From: a virus
Lineage: Duplodnaviria > Caudoviricetes
Reading direction: 5' to 3' (one strand)
Length of the DNA stretch: 54,267 bases
Virus record (IMG/VR): IMGVR_UViG_3300022181_000119
Span: 1-54,267 of that record
The stretch's first letter is position 1, and the number at the start of each line of letters is the position of its first letter. Positions 46,437-54,267 of the stretch are shown in pieces. A model generated the notes under the pieces. That model was not told the DNA's origin. It searched no databases and saw only the letters and a program-made list of their open reading frames with translations. The position numbers were made by a program, and so were the translations under genes.

Positions 46437-46610
46437 TCACAGACCGAGTTCGTCCAGCAGTTCCTTAAGGTCCTTTTGAACGTTGTTGGAGGTCGCGTAG
46501 ATAATCTTCTTCCTCTCTTCGTAGATCTCCCACTTCGTTCGCGGTGCTGGCCCTTTCGTTCCTGAGTTCGCTTTTATCGTTCGCAGATCTCTCGTTTTTG
46601 TTCTATCCAT
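46437..46610 (-). CDS. 57-aa hypothetical protein (not in the ORF track)
   Basis: AAGGAAGTG RBS, MDRTKTRDL...LLDELGL. Confidence 0.5.
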   Translation of the reverse strand: MDRTKTRDLRTIKANSGTKGPAPRTKWEIYEERKKIIYATSNNVQKDLKELLDELGL

Positions 46611-46624
46611 GTCATCACTTCCTT

Positions 46625-46652
46625 AAAACCGCTCCCGATTTCTCGGGAGCGG
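46625..46652 (-). terminator. Intrinsic terminator after the recombination genes
   Basis: CCGCTCCCGA-GAAA-TCGGGAGCGG followed by TTTT. Confidence 0.75.
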
Positions 46653-46660
46653 AATGAAAC

Positions 46661-47479
46661 TTAAAGAGATTCGGCATTACTTGCCAGCTCTGGCTTTGGA
46701 TCGTTCTGAAGGGCTCTGACTTCCTCGAAGTCCTGGATCATCGTTGACTTCTCGTAAGAGACACCTATCGGGAAAGCCGACTCAAGAGCATCGGCAAGGG
46801 CTCTTTTGTAAGCCATATCTTTGATCCACTTCTTGTTCTGTACATCTGAAGGCGAGGCGTGGCCTTGACCTTCGAATACAGACTCGTTGCTGTCCCTGTC
46901 CTTTACCGTCAAGGCGCAGTTCACCGACCAGATGTTATCGTCGTTGCCGTTCTTGGCTTCCTTGTACATGACCGAGTACGACTGCCCCGTGCTTCTGGCA
47001 TAGAACTTCCTGCCAGCGATTGTGATGTACACGTTGCCCATGAGAGGGATAACGTGTTCAATGGGTTTCAGAGCGTACATCAGTTCCTTCTCGGCCATTT
47101 CCTTGAGAACCCACTTGAGAGCGAGCGGCTCGCCTTTCCCGTTCTGTTCTCTGAGCATCTGGGCCACTTTCCAGCCAACCCCGAGCCGGATGTACTGGAC
47201 GACCTTGAAAGCGATAAGATTCTCGTACTCGCCCATCGTGACTCGCTCTCCAGAAGCGAGAGTGACATGGATGTTCTCGAGAGCCTTGCTTACGAGTGCT
47301 TCGTTGTAGGAGAGTTCCAGCTTCTTGATGAAGCCGTCTATGCTGGTGTCTTCTTTTGGCTCTTCTATCTCTTTGGGCTTCTGGACGGGCTTCTCTTTCT
47401 TCTCTGGTTTCGCCTCTCCGTTGTTTGGTTTCGCAGTCTGTTCAAACAAGCCTTTCGGCAGTTCTACTCCGTCTGGCAT
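46661..47479 (-). CDS. Putative single-strand annealing protein (RecT/Bet/Rad52-like)
   Basis: Follows the exonuclease; GNVYITIAGRKF, FEGQGHA and MAYKRALADAL. Confidence 0.55.
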   Translation of the reverse strand: MPDGVELPKGLFEQTAKPNNGEAKPEKKEKPVQKPKEIEEPKEDTSIDGFIKKLELSYNEALVSKALENIHVTLASGERVTMGEYENLIAFKVVQYIRLGVGWKVAQMLREQNGKGEPLALKWVLKEMAEKELMYALKPIEHVIPLMGNVYITIAGRKFYARSTGQSYSVMYKEAKNGNDDNIWSVNCALTVKDRDSNESVFEGQGHASPSDVQNKKWIKDMAYKRALADALESAFPIGVSYEKSTMIQDFEEVRALQNDPKPELASNAESL

Positions 47480-47480
47480 A

Positions 47481-48521
47481 CTATGCCTCCTTTGCCAATG
47501 CTTTCTTTCTCGGCATCATCTTGATCGACACCGACGGTTCCCAGCGGACGAGGGTCTTAATCTCCGGCGGCAGTTCGATCTCTTCTGGAATCGACTCCGA
47601 GATTCTGAGGTATTCGGGACGATTCTCGAGAAGCCACCTCATGATTTCAGCTTCGTTCGCCGCTTTCTCTTCCTTCTTTCCGTTGATCTTCATCTTCAGA
47701 GTTTCAACCGGACCATAAGCCGTCTCCTCCGTGATCTGGATCGGCTCCCCGGTTTCCTTCACTATCTTTCTGGCCTTCTCCATGATCTCTTTGGCCTCTT
47801 CGTTCAGGATGTAAGCGTTGTTCAGCTTGGCCTCGAAGTCGTCGCCTTCTTCCAGACACTTCTTTCTGAAAGGGCAGTAACCGCAACCCTCCAAGTTCTT
47901 TGGAAAGTCCTCCTCCGTTTCCTTCGAGTCGAGGTCGTTGTACACTTTGTAGAGAACACGCGTCGAGGTTTCCAGTTCGTCCTCCCCTATCTCGAAGTCG
48001 ATGATTTCGTGAGAAGCGAGAAGAATGAATCCGGCCCTGTTGATCTTCTTCCCGTATCTATGAAGCGCCATCGCGTATGAGAAGATCTGTCTGGGATCGG
48101 GCCTGGACCATCCGCTCTTGTAGTCGTATATCTCGAGGCCGAAATCGGTCTTGGTCACGATATCCACGATCCCCCTGAAGAAGCAGTCGTCGGAGAAGAA
48201 GTCGGTGGGCTCGAGCTTGTAGGTCAGACCGAATCTTAACTCTATTGCCCGTGGGGTGAAACCCTTGAGAAGGCTTCTCCCCGAGTAGTAGCGCATCCTG
48301 GCGGTTTCGTAGTCTTCGATCATGTCGATCTTTTCAAGTGCCTTCTCGTTGTCTCCGGTCCTCACCCAGGTCTCCAATGCTTCGTGAACGGCTTTCCCCA
48401 GAAGCATCGCGGGTGTTTCGGGCTGTCTCTCTCCGAGGACCCTTTCGATGTAGAACCGTCTCGGACAACGTAGGTAGGTGTCGATCCTGCTCCAACTGAG
48501 CGGTAGTAATCCGTCTATCAC
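47481..48521 (-). CDS. PD-(D/E)XK exonuclease, RecB/Cas4-like
   Basis: LSWSRI..Y.RCPRRF, GKAVHEALE, RGIVD, IYDYKSG, Q..SYA, CGYCPFRKKC. Confidence 0.88.
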   Translation of the reverse strand: MIDGLLPLSWSRIDTYLRCPRRFYIERVLGERQPETPAMLLGKAVHEALETWVRTGDNEKALEKIDMIEDYETARMRYYSGRSLLKGFTPRAIELRFGLTYKLEPTDFFSDDCFFRGIVDIVTKTDFGLEIYDYKSGWSRPDPRQIFSYAMALHRYGKKINRAGFILLASHEIIDFEIGEDELETSTRVLYKVYNDLDSKETEEDFPKNLEGCGYCPFRKKCLEEGDDFEAKLNNAYILNEEAKEIMEKARKIVKETGEPIQITEETAYGPVETLKMKINGKKEEKAANEAEIMRWLLENRPEYLRISESIPEEIELPPEIKTLVRWEPSVSIKMMPRKKALAKEA

Positions 48522-48778
48522 TTCATCACCTCTTTTTTCAGTCTCTCCAACTCATTAATGGTGAATTTGATGTAGTTAAGGGCTTTGAAAATGGTTTCAT
48601 CGACTGTCATCAGCTCCGATTCATCTACAATCTCGTTCGATCCGTCTTTATGTACCACTTCGTATTCGATCCCGGTTTCGGTGTGGAAAGTCGCTGCTAT
48701 TGTTACGAGGTAGAAGCTCCCCTCGGGAGCCTCCCAACTGATGCAGACCTTCTCTCCGTTCTGGAATCTCGGCTTCAT
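48518..48778 (-). CDS. Hypothetical protein
   Basis: GAGGTG RBS before MKPRF. Confidence 0.55.
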   Translation of the reverse strand: MKPRFQNGEKVCISWEAPEGSFYLVTIAATFHTETGIEYEVVHKDGSNEIVDESELMTVDETIFKALNYIKFTINELERLKKEVMK

Positions 48779-48829
48779 TGCCAAACACCTCTCTCGTGCT
48801 ATACTTTTGTTGAAAGTTTGAGTAACCTC

Positions 48830-48855
48830 GGGCCGCTGTCGTGAGCGGCCCTTTT
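48830..48855 (+). terminator. Plus-strand intrinsic terminator (antisense to the early operon)
   Basis: GGGCCGCT-GTCGTG-AGCGGCCC-TTTT. Confidence 0.65.
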
Positions 48856-49034
48856 CACACATACTGTTTGGAAAGCTCGAAGAGTTCGGATTCGAGGTCC
48901 TCAAGCTCGGTCCCTTTCTCGTCAATCAAGTTCTGATAGCGCATCCTCTCGGTGAAGCTCCTGCAAGCCTTCTGTCTCTCGATCAGGTCCTCGACCTCAT
49001 CTCTGAGATCGGCTATGCGCCTCTGGATCGACAT
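48855..49034 (-). CDS. 59-aa coiled-coil protein (not in the ORF track)
   Basis: AGGAGGTG RBS; MSIQRRIADLRDEV... Confidence 0.5.
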   Translation of the reverse strand: MSIQRRIADLRDEVEDLIERQKACRSFTERMRYQNLIDEKGTELEDLESELFELSKQYV

Positions 49035-49126
49035 TCATCTCACCTCCTAGAAAAGGAATCCCCAGCGGAGGATTCTCTGGCCGTACTGAACCTTCTTTTC
49101 GAGATCCTTCCTGTTGATCTTGATCT

Positions 49127-49405
49127 TCATGCGTTCACCTCCTCCACGAGAAAGTCTCTTGCCCATCCCTCGCGGTCGATCTTGAAGAATTCCAACCTGT
49201 AACTCTTCCTCCTCGTCCTCGCCACAACCGAATCGCTTTCCGGGATGGAATAGAACCTCTGCTGGTTGTAGAAGCGAGTAACGGTTGGCAACTTCCTGCC
49301 CTCAGCGTTTATGAAAGCTATTTCCCCCTTCAATCCCTTGCTTCTGAGGTCTGCTTCCGATACCAGAAGCAACCTCTTCAGTCCCAGCTCCATCTTGAAC
49401 ACCAT
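49127..49405 (-). CDS. Hypothetical protein
   Basis: 92-aa ORF with RBS. Confidence 0.55.
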   Translation of the reverse strand: MVFKMELGLKRLLLVSEADLRSKGLKGEIAFINAEGRKLPTVTRFYNQQRFYSIPESDSVVARTRRKSYRLEFFKIDREGWARDFLVEEVNA

Positions 49406-49527
49406 GCGTCTCCCTCCATCTCTTGAGGATCATTTCGGCTATTCTGTCTAGTGCTTCCGGTGAGAGTTCCATTTCTTCCTCCTTTTGAAGAGCTTCGAGC
49501 CGACCTCGAAGATATCCAGCACAGTCT

Positions 49528-49938
49528 TCACACCCTCGCTCTTCTTTCCCATTTGCCCACCTCCCAGAACATCAGCTGACGCCTGGGAACTCTGGCGCGT
49601 ACCAGGTCGTATTCCTTCCAGAGTCCGTTTGCCAGCCTGTTGATGTGCCTGACAAAACGAAGCCCATGCCTGACCCTCGTTAGAAATTCGTCTTTGATAT
49701 CGTCAAAGTGACAAAGTGCCGTGTAGATGTGCCAGAAGTTGGCTTTCTCTGTTTCCGAGTCTTTCATCATGCGTAGAACGTCTTTCTTCAGTTCTTCGAG
49801 GGTTTCTTCGTTCGGATCGTGGATCTTGCCGAAGTCGATCTCCAGCTCGAAAGTCTTTGCTTGAGATTCGTGGTTCTCTGTTATCTGTGAAACGATTCTC
49901 TGTCTGGGAACTGTAAGAACGGCTGTTCTCCAGTCCAT
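49528..49938 (-). CDS. Hypothetical protein
   Basis: AAGGAGG RBS. Confidence 0.65.
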   Translation of the reverse strand: MDWRTAVLTVPRQRIVSQITENHESQAKTFELEIDFGKIHDPNEETLEELKKDVLRMMKDSETEKANFWHIYTALCHFDDIKDEFLTRVRHGLRFVRHINRLANGLWKEYDLVRARVPRRQLMFWEVGKWERRARV

Positions 49939-50114
49939 GTTGTTCTCCTCCTTTTGTTATCGGGTCTTGTTGCGGTTCACGGGTACCCCGGTTTGTCCGG
50001 GCCGTTTGTATTTCTATGAAGTTGTCAAAGACCGTTACTGTGCTATAATCAAGTCAGAATTCCTATGGAAAACGCCCCTGAAAGGTCACTCCTTATGGGA
50101 CGTTTTCCGCTTTT

Positions 50115-50333
50115 CTAAACACCAACCTTTGCGGTATTCATGGCTTTGATGAGTTCTCTTGCTCTTTTCTTCATGTAGTCGAATTCGTGAGCGTTTCTTA
50201 GCCTTTCCTCGTGAGTAAATCCTGGATAGTAACCTGATATCCACTTTTCTCTTGCGTGTAGTGCTGCATGATCCACGGCATCTTTCATGAAAGAAAAGAC
50301 CTTTTCATCCGTGATCTCGTCCCATTCAGGCAT
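50115..50333 (-). CDS. Hypothetical protein
   Basis: AAGGAG RBS before MPEW. Confidence 0.55.
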   Translation of the reverse strand: MPEWDEITDEKVFSFMKDAVDHAALHAREKWISGYYPGFTHEERLRNAHEFDYMKKRARELIKAMNTAKVGV

Positions 50334-50334
50334 T

Positions 50335-50877
50335 TCAATGCTCCTTTGAAGATCCGGCAAGGGCAAGCTGTTTTGGCTTTACTTCATGGGAATCTGAAGT
50401 AAGAATCTTGCTGACTTGATGACCGAGAATAGCTTTCTCAACTTCCGAGTGTCCGTTGCTCACGAATGTGAACACGGCCTTGAGAATGGGATCTGTGTCG
50501 TTATCAAGAGCAAGTCCATAACTTGAAGCCGCTTGGGCATTGTTTCTTCTTGCTCCTGCTACTGTTTTTCCAACCCTTTCGGCTTTTATTCGTAGCGATT
50601 CGTAAGCCTTCATCATGTTTTCACTGGTGCGCGGCATCTTGAAGTATTCTGTTTCTCTTTTGTCTGAAGTCTTCTGAACCGCGAGAATGTAATTGCCATT
50701 TGCGAGAATATCTTTCATCAAAATGTTAGTTATTAGGTTTGTTACTCTATATCGCATCGCTTTTCCATGTTTTACCCATCCAAGATCTTGTGCGATCTTT
50801 TCGGTTGTTCTCGGTTCCCCAAAAGGGAGTGATTCAATGTACTCAAGTAATTTTGCTGAAAGAACTCTTTTCCTCAT
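50335..50877 (-). CDS. Hypothetical protein, possible N-terminal wHTH
   Basis: RTTEKIAQDLGW; GAGGAGG RBS. Confidence 0.6.
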   Translation of the reverse strand: MRKRVLSAKLLEYIESLPFGEPRTTEKIAQDLGWVKHGKAMRYRVTNLITNILMKDILANGNYILAVQKTSDKRETEYFKMPRTSENMMKAYESLRIKAERVGKTVAGARRNNAQAASSYGLALDNDTDPILKAVFTFVSNGHSEVEKAILGHQVSKILTSDSHEVKPKQLALAGSSKEH

Positions 50878-50879
50878 TG

Positions 50880-52079
50880 TTATTCCTCCTCTTCGTCAGG
50901 TTTCACGTCTATTACAGGCGTGCTGCCGTCAGCTTCCAAGAGCGTTGACTTGATTCTTTCGAGAGAATCAATCCTTCTCTGGATCTCATCTGCAAAGTAT
51001 TTGCTCCTATTCTTTAGTGCGATCTCGTTGGCGTATCCTCTGAGGGTGAGTAGTGAAGTGATCCCCTGGTCAATACTCATGAAGCCGCTGGTGATTAGTT
51101 TCTGAAGATCGTTTAATCGTTCGTACTTTTTCAATTTGTCTTTCAGTTCCGCTTGTTCGAGTTTCAGCTTGTTTCTCTCTATTGAGATCTTGTCAATCTC
51201 GGCCTTCTCTTTCAAGATCTCTTCGTACTTCTTCTGAATCTCTTCGAGTTGTTTCTCCTTCTGTTCGGCAAGAGTCGCCATTCTCATTTCTTCCTCTTCA
51301 GCGTCGTCGATCTTCTCTTCCAGTCTTTCGACCTCCTTCTGAAATTTGATCCTCTCTTTTTCAAGCCTCTTCAATTCGTCGGCGAACTCCTTCGAGATTT
51401 CGTCTTTGGCTTCCTTCTTGATCTCTGCTATCTGCCTTGAGAGCTGCTTGATAGTGTCGTTCAGTCTTGCCTTCTCTTCCTCAATCCTTTTTCTTTCTGT
51501 TTCGGCTTCTTCCTTGATCTTGTTCGCTACTTCTTCTGCTTCACGTCTAAACTTCGTAGCAAGCTCGGGTGTGAACTCTTCGATGTCAACCTTTCCGGCT
51601 CTGATAAGCTCTCTGATAAGCTCTTTCGGATTCGTGGCGTCGTCTGAGGGTAATGCCTTGAAGATGTTGCCGAGAATTTCTATCTTTCCTTCGGGCATTT
51701 GCGTTAGTTGTTCAGCTTGCTCGTTTACTAATTTGTAAGATTCGGTTAAGCTGGCAGTAAGCACAAGCGAAGTTTGGTACGTCACATATACGTTGACAAA
51801 GTTTCTAATCGAATTTCTTCCAAATCTGATACCAATAGTCTCAAGCCACTCAGCAGTCTTGTTGAAAGGCCAACCGCTCTTGATTGCTTCAAACCTCTTG
51901 TGAGCGTGCCACGCATAACCTCCTATCTTGAAGGCTTCCTTCATGGTGCGTAGTGCCGAGATAGCCAAAGCTCCGGCAATGAACTCAAAGCCTTCTCTCT
52001 CTTTCTCGGGTATGCCGTTCACTTCGTAGAACTCTTCCATACTTAGGTGTTTCTCTTGCCTTACATCCAGATCGTTCAT
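50880..52079 (-). CDS. DUF3102-like protein with long coiled coil
   Basis: FKIG...F..WLETIGIRFGRNSIRNFVNVY, then an E/K-rich heptad region. Confidence 0.55.
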   Translation of the reverse strand: MNDLDVRQEKHLSMEEFYEVNGIPEKEREGFEFIAGALAISALRTMKEAFKIGGYAWHAHKRFEAIKSGWPFNKTAEWLETIGIRFGRNSIRNFVNVYVTYQTSLVLTASLTESYKLVNEQAEQLTQMPEGKIEILGNIFKALPSDDATNPKELIRELIRAGKVDIEEFTPELATKFRREAEEVANKIKEEAETERKRIEEEKARLNDTIKQLSRQIAEIKKEAKDEISKEFADELKRLEKERIKFQKEVERLEEKIDDAEEEEMRMATLAEQKEKQLEEIQKKYEEILKEKAEIDKISIERNKLKLEQAELKDKLKKYERLNDLQKLITSGFMSIDQGITSLLTLRGYANEIALKNRSKYFADEIQRRIDSLERIKSTLLEADGSTPVIDVKPDEEEE

Positions 52080-52132
52080 TCGATCTCTCCTTTCATCCAT
52101 TTGGGTTTTGAGCGGTACTATTTCCTAGGAAC

Positions 52133-52315
52133 TTAGTTGCGTTTGAAGTTCTTTACGTGGTCGAGAAGGGATTCGAGAGTTGCCCGTTTGAAGAACCTCC
52201 CGGATGAATCCCGACCGTATTCCGGTTCTAGGCCGTAGAACTTGATTAGTTCGTTGACGAAAATTGGTCTCAGGTTCTTCTCTCTGGCGAACTGTGCCGG
52301 GGTCAATATCTCCAT
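52133..52315 (-). CDS. Small excisionase/Cro-like DNA-binding protein, first early gene
   Basis: MEILTPAQFA...GRFFKRATLESLL; AAGGAGGTG RBS; divergent from the repressor. Confidence 0.55.
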   Translation of the reverse strand: MEILTPAQFAREKNLRPIFVNELIKFYGLEPEYGRDSSGRFFKRATLESLLDHVKNFKRN

Positions 52316-52327
52316 ATTTTCACCTCC

Positions 52328-52461
52328 TTCGGCACAATGATACAATAAAAGCCGAGTTATGCCGAGTCTGATAATCAACCATCTCGGCTTATTAAGGTAA
52401 ATTAAAGACGATTATGTCCGAATTTTGAGCTTATACGTAGAATTCCGCCGACTTACTCGGC
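52328..52461. promoter_or_regulatory. Lysis-lysogeny control region with GCCGAG/CTCGGC repeats (candidate operators)
   Basis: GCCGAG at 52351 and 52361, CTCGGC at 52383, palindrome GCCGA-CTTAC-TCGGC at 52447-52461. Confidence 0.5.
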
Positions 52462-52518
52462 TCAATATAGTAAAATAAAGACGACTCCATTCGTTTTATA
52501 AGACAAGGGGGAGAGTCT

Positions 52519-53064
52519 ATGAAAGTGTCAGGGGTGCGATTGATGGAGCTATACGAGAAAAATAACTTCAGCAGAGTCAAATTTGCTGGAGCTGTTGGAG
52601 TCCATGAAAAAACTGTCAGGAGGTGGGAATCTGGAGCTGATGTGAAGGAGAAATATCTGAAGAGGATCTGTGAAGTTCTGGGAGTAGTACCGGCAGACTT
52701 GAAAGAGGACAGGGTTCTGGTGGTTGGCAAGGGAAAGAGGGAAATCCCGATTATTCGTTTGCCTGGCTCTCTTGGGGAGGTTATAGATTACATGGTCTAT
52801 GACATATCAAACGTGTCGATGATAGTTATCGCCGACTCCTCTATGGAGCCATTGATCGAGAACGGAGAACACGTGTTCATCGAAGAAGCGACTGAACCGG
52901 AAAACGGGAGCGTGATGCTTGTAGAAGTAGAAGGGCAGTTACATTTACGTGAGTGTAGAAGAGTAAAGGATGGATACATTTATATACCAGCTAATGTAAA
53001 TAAGGAATCCTTTACAGATTGCAGAGTCGTCGGTAGAGCGATCAGCAGGACGGTTAAGCTATAA
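52519..53064 (+). CDS. CI-like repressor (XRE HTH plus S24-like domain)
   Basis: FAGAVGVHEKTVRRWESG; DSSMEPLIENGEHVFI; CRVVGRA. Confidence 0.8.
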   Translation: MKVSGVRLMELYEKNNFSRVKFAGAVGVHEKTVRRWESGADVKEKYLKRICEVLGVVPADLKEDRVLVVGKGKREIPIIRLPGSLGEVIDYMVYDISNVSMIVIADSSMEPLIENGEHVFIEEATEPENGSVMLVEVEGQLHLRECRRVKDGYIYIPANVNKESFTDCRVVGRAISRTVKL

Positions 53065-53220
53065 GCAACGAGCCAGGCGGGATACTCGGGATTAAGAAAA
53101 AGGCCGGGTGTCCCCGGCGAAAAGTAGTCAAGTGTATATCTATTTCATCTCATATCAATTCTACAATATTAGTAAATCAAAAGTCAAGTAAGTACGGTTT
53201 GCTAACATGGGAGGTGTTCA

Positions 53221-53730
53221 GTGAGAAAGACAGTTGCAACTATAATAGTCGCGCTTGTGATTCTCTCGACTGCCCTAGCTGTTATGTACGCAACAACTGA
53301 TGCTGGAAAGAAAGTCGCTCTCTATGACAACGGAACGTGGGAATATGTAGTGGTCGAGGAATTAGACCTAGACGATCTCCCTTTGAAAATAATCAAGGCA
53401 GAGCTTAAGAGCGATTATTACTCATCGTATGAGGATGCGAGAATAACGGTCGAAAATATGTCTAGCAAAACAATAAAAGCCTTTGCTCTCACATTCGTTC
53501 TTTTTGATGATTTCGGGGATGAAGTGGATCAATTATACGGCAGGTACATAGCCCAGAAACTGAACATACTGCCTGGCGAACAATACGCATCGGTCTGGAA
53601 CACATACGAGAAGATACCTACGAAGATTCACGCATTTCCGGTTGAGGTCGTATATGAGGACGGTTCCAAGTGGGTAATGGACTTTGAGAGGATATTTGAC
53701 ATTAAACAGAAAATTCGTTCTCTCTATTGA
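53221..53730 (+). CDS. Secreted/membrane protein (DUF3157-like N-motif); candidate superinfection exclusion
   Basis: Signal peptide, ATTDAGKKVALYDNGTWEYV, VENMSSKTIKAF..FDDFG, VVYEDGSKW. Confidence 0.6.
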   Translation: MRKTVATIIVALVILSTALAVMYATTDAGKKVALYDNGTWEYVVVEELDLDDLPLKIIKAELKSDYYSSYEDARITVENMSSKTIKAFALTFVLFDDFGDEVDQLYGRYIAQKLNILPGEQYASVWNTYEKIPTKIHAFPVEVVYEDGSKWVMDFERIFDIKQKIRSLY

Positions 53731-53745
53731 GAAGGAAGTGATCTT

Positions 53746-54267
53746 ATGTGGCGTGGCGACCTTATGAGAAAGTATCGAGCCGAGAAAGGGATGACACAGA
53801 AGGAAACCGCGGAGATCCTGGAAGTTACCGAGGCTGCCGTCAGTAGGTGGGAAACAAACACGATGAACCCTTCTCCCCTCTCGGCCAGAAAGATAGCCGA
53901 GCTTCTCGGTGTCAAGGTCGAAGAACTCTACCTTGAAGAATTCACGCCCGACCAGCTCAAGAGGATGAAGGCGATCCCGATCCTCAACACGAACGATGAA
54001 ACCTTCGTCCCCGTCGCCTTCGATGTCAAGGCCGCAATCGTAACCGATCACGACTTCTGCCCCTGGTATCGGCAGGGCGACATTCTCTACATCTCGAACG
54101 AGAACCCGAATGACGGAGATCTGGCGGTCATCATCAACGAGAAAGGCGAGAGAGTTCCGGGAGTAGTCAATCACCGGCAGCTCGCCGCGATCAATGGCGT
54201 GAGCTTCAACAAGATCGTGGATATCGTCGGGAAAGTGTCGCATATACTGGAAAGGATCGGGAGATAG
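53746..54267 (+). CDS. Second XRE-HTH repressor with degenerate S24-like domain
   Basis: YRAEKGMTQKETAEILEVTEAAVSRWE; PWYRQGDILYI; IVGKV. Confidence 0.8.
   Translation: MWRGDLMRKYRAEKGMTQKETAEILEVTEAAVSRWETNTMNPSPLSARKIAELLGVKVEELYLEEFTPDQLKRMKAIPILNTNDETFVPVAFDVKAAIVTDHDFCPWYRQGDILYISNENPNDGDLAVIINEKGERVPGVVNHRQLAAINGVSFNKIVDIVGKVSHILERIGR

Larger units (their letters stand above)
1..54267 (-). mobile_element. Temperate siphovirus-like phage/prophage; ends, integrase and att sites not in the window
   Basis: Ordered immunity, replication, packaging, head, non-contractile tail (tube, chaperone, TMP, Dit/Tal) and lysis modules; dense co-oriented ORFs with GGAGG RBS; no host housekeeping genes recognised. 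Confidence 0.95.

Noticed and set aside
47481-48521. Cas4-like nuclease as a sign of CRISPR-Cas
   Set aside because: No repeat-spacer array or other cas genes are visible; it sits beside an annealase-like gene as a normal phage recombination pair
1-54267. Host assignment (the SSB and RBS style reminded me of Thermotogota such as Mesotoga)
   Set aside because: Impression only; no host genes in the window, and it needs a database search

Overview
The whole window looks like one long-tailed temperate phage or prophage (Siphovirus-type). Almost all genes are on the minus strand, and no integrase or att site is visible in the window. In transcription order (high to low coordinates) the modules are: (1) divergent immunity region at 52.1-54.3 kb, with two XRE-HTH/S24-like repressors on + and a secreted protein between them; (2) early genes at 38-52 kb: Cas4/RecB-like nuclease, annealase-like protein, replication initiator with internal iterons, DnaB, MazG, YopX, DUF488, SSB; (3) rusA with an in-frame TGA, then tRNA-Ile(GAT); (4) a structured RNA, a short HTH gene and four palindromes just ahead of the packaging operon; (5) terminase, portal and head genes; (6) tail genes: two tandem tube paralogues, a -1 frameshift chaperone and a tape measure of about 2060 aa; (7) a complete diversity-generating retroelement (target-avd-TR-RT, 13.8-16.7 kb) inside the tail-tip operon; (8) lysis region; (9) a separately promoted accessory operon at the left end encoding SNF2 helicase, IbrA-like PAPS reductase/DUF3440, a GNAT and IbrB-like ParB. 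Best candidates for undescribed biology: the SNF2-IbrA-GNAT-IbrB operon (possible DNA-modification or anti-defence system); a C4/CI-like three-way-junction RNA whose loop is complementary to the ribosome-binding region of the HTH gene; nested sheath-like domains shared by capsid and tail proteins; and an unannotated cationic peptide ORF after the holin. All family calls come from motif recognition by eye; no database searches were run.
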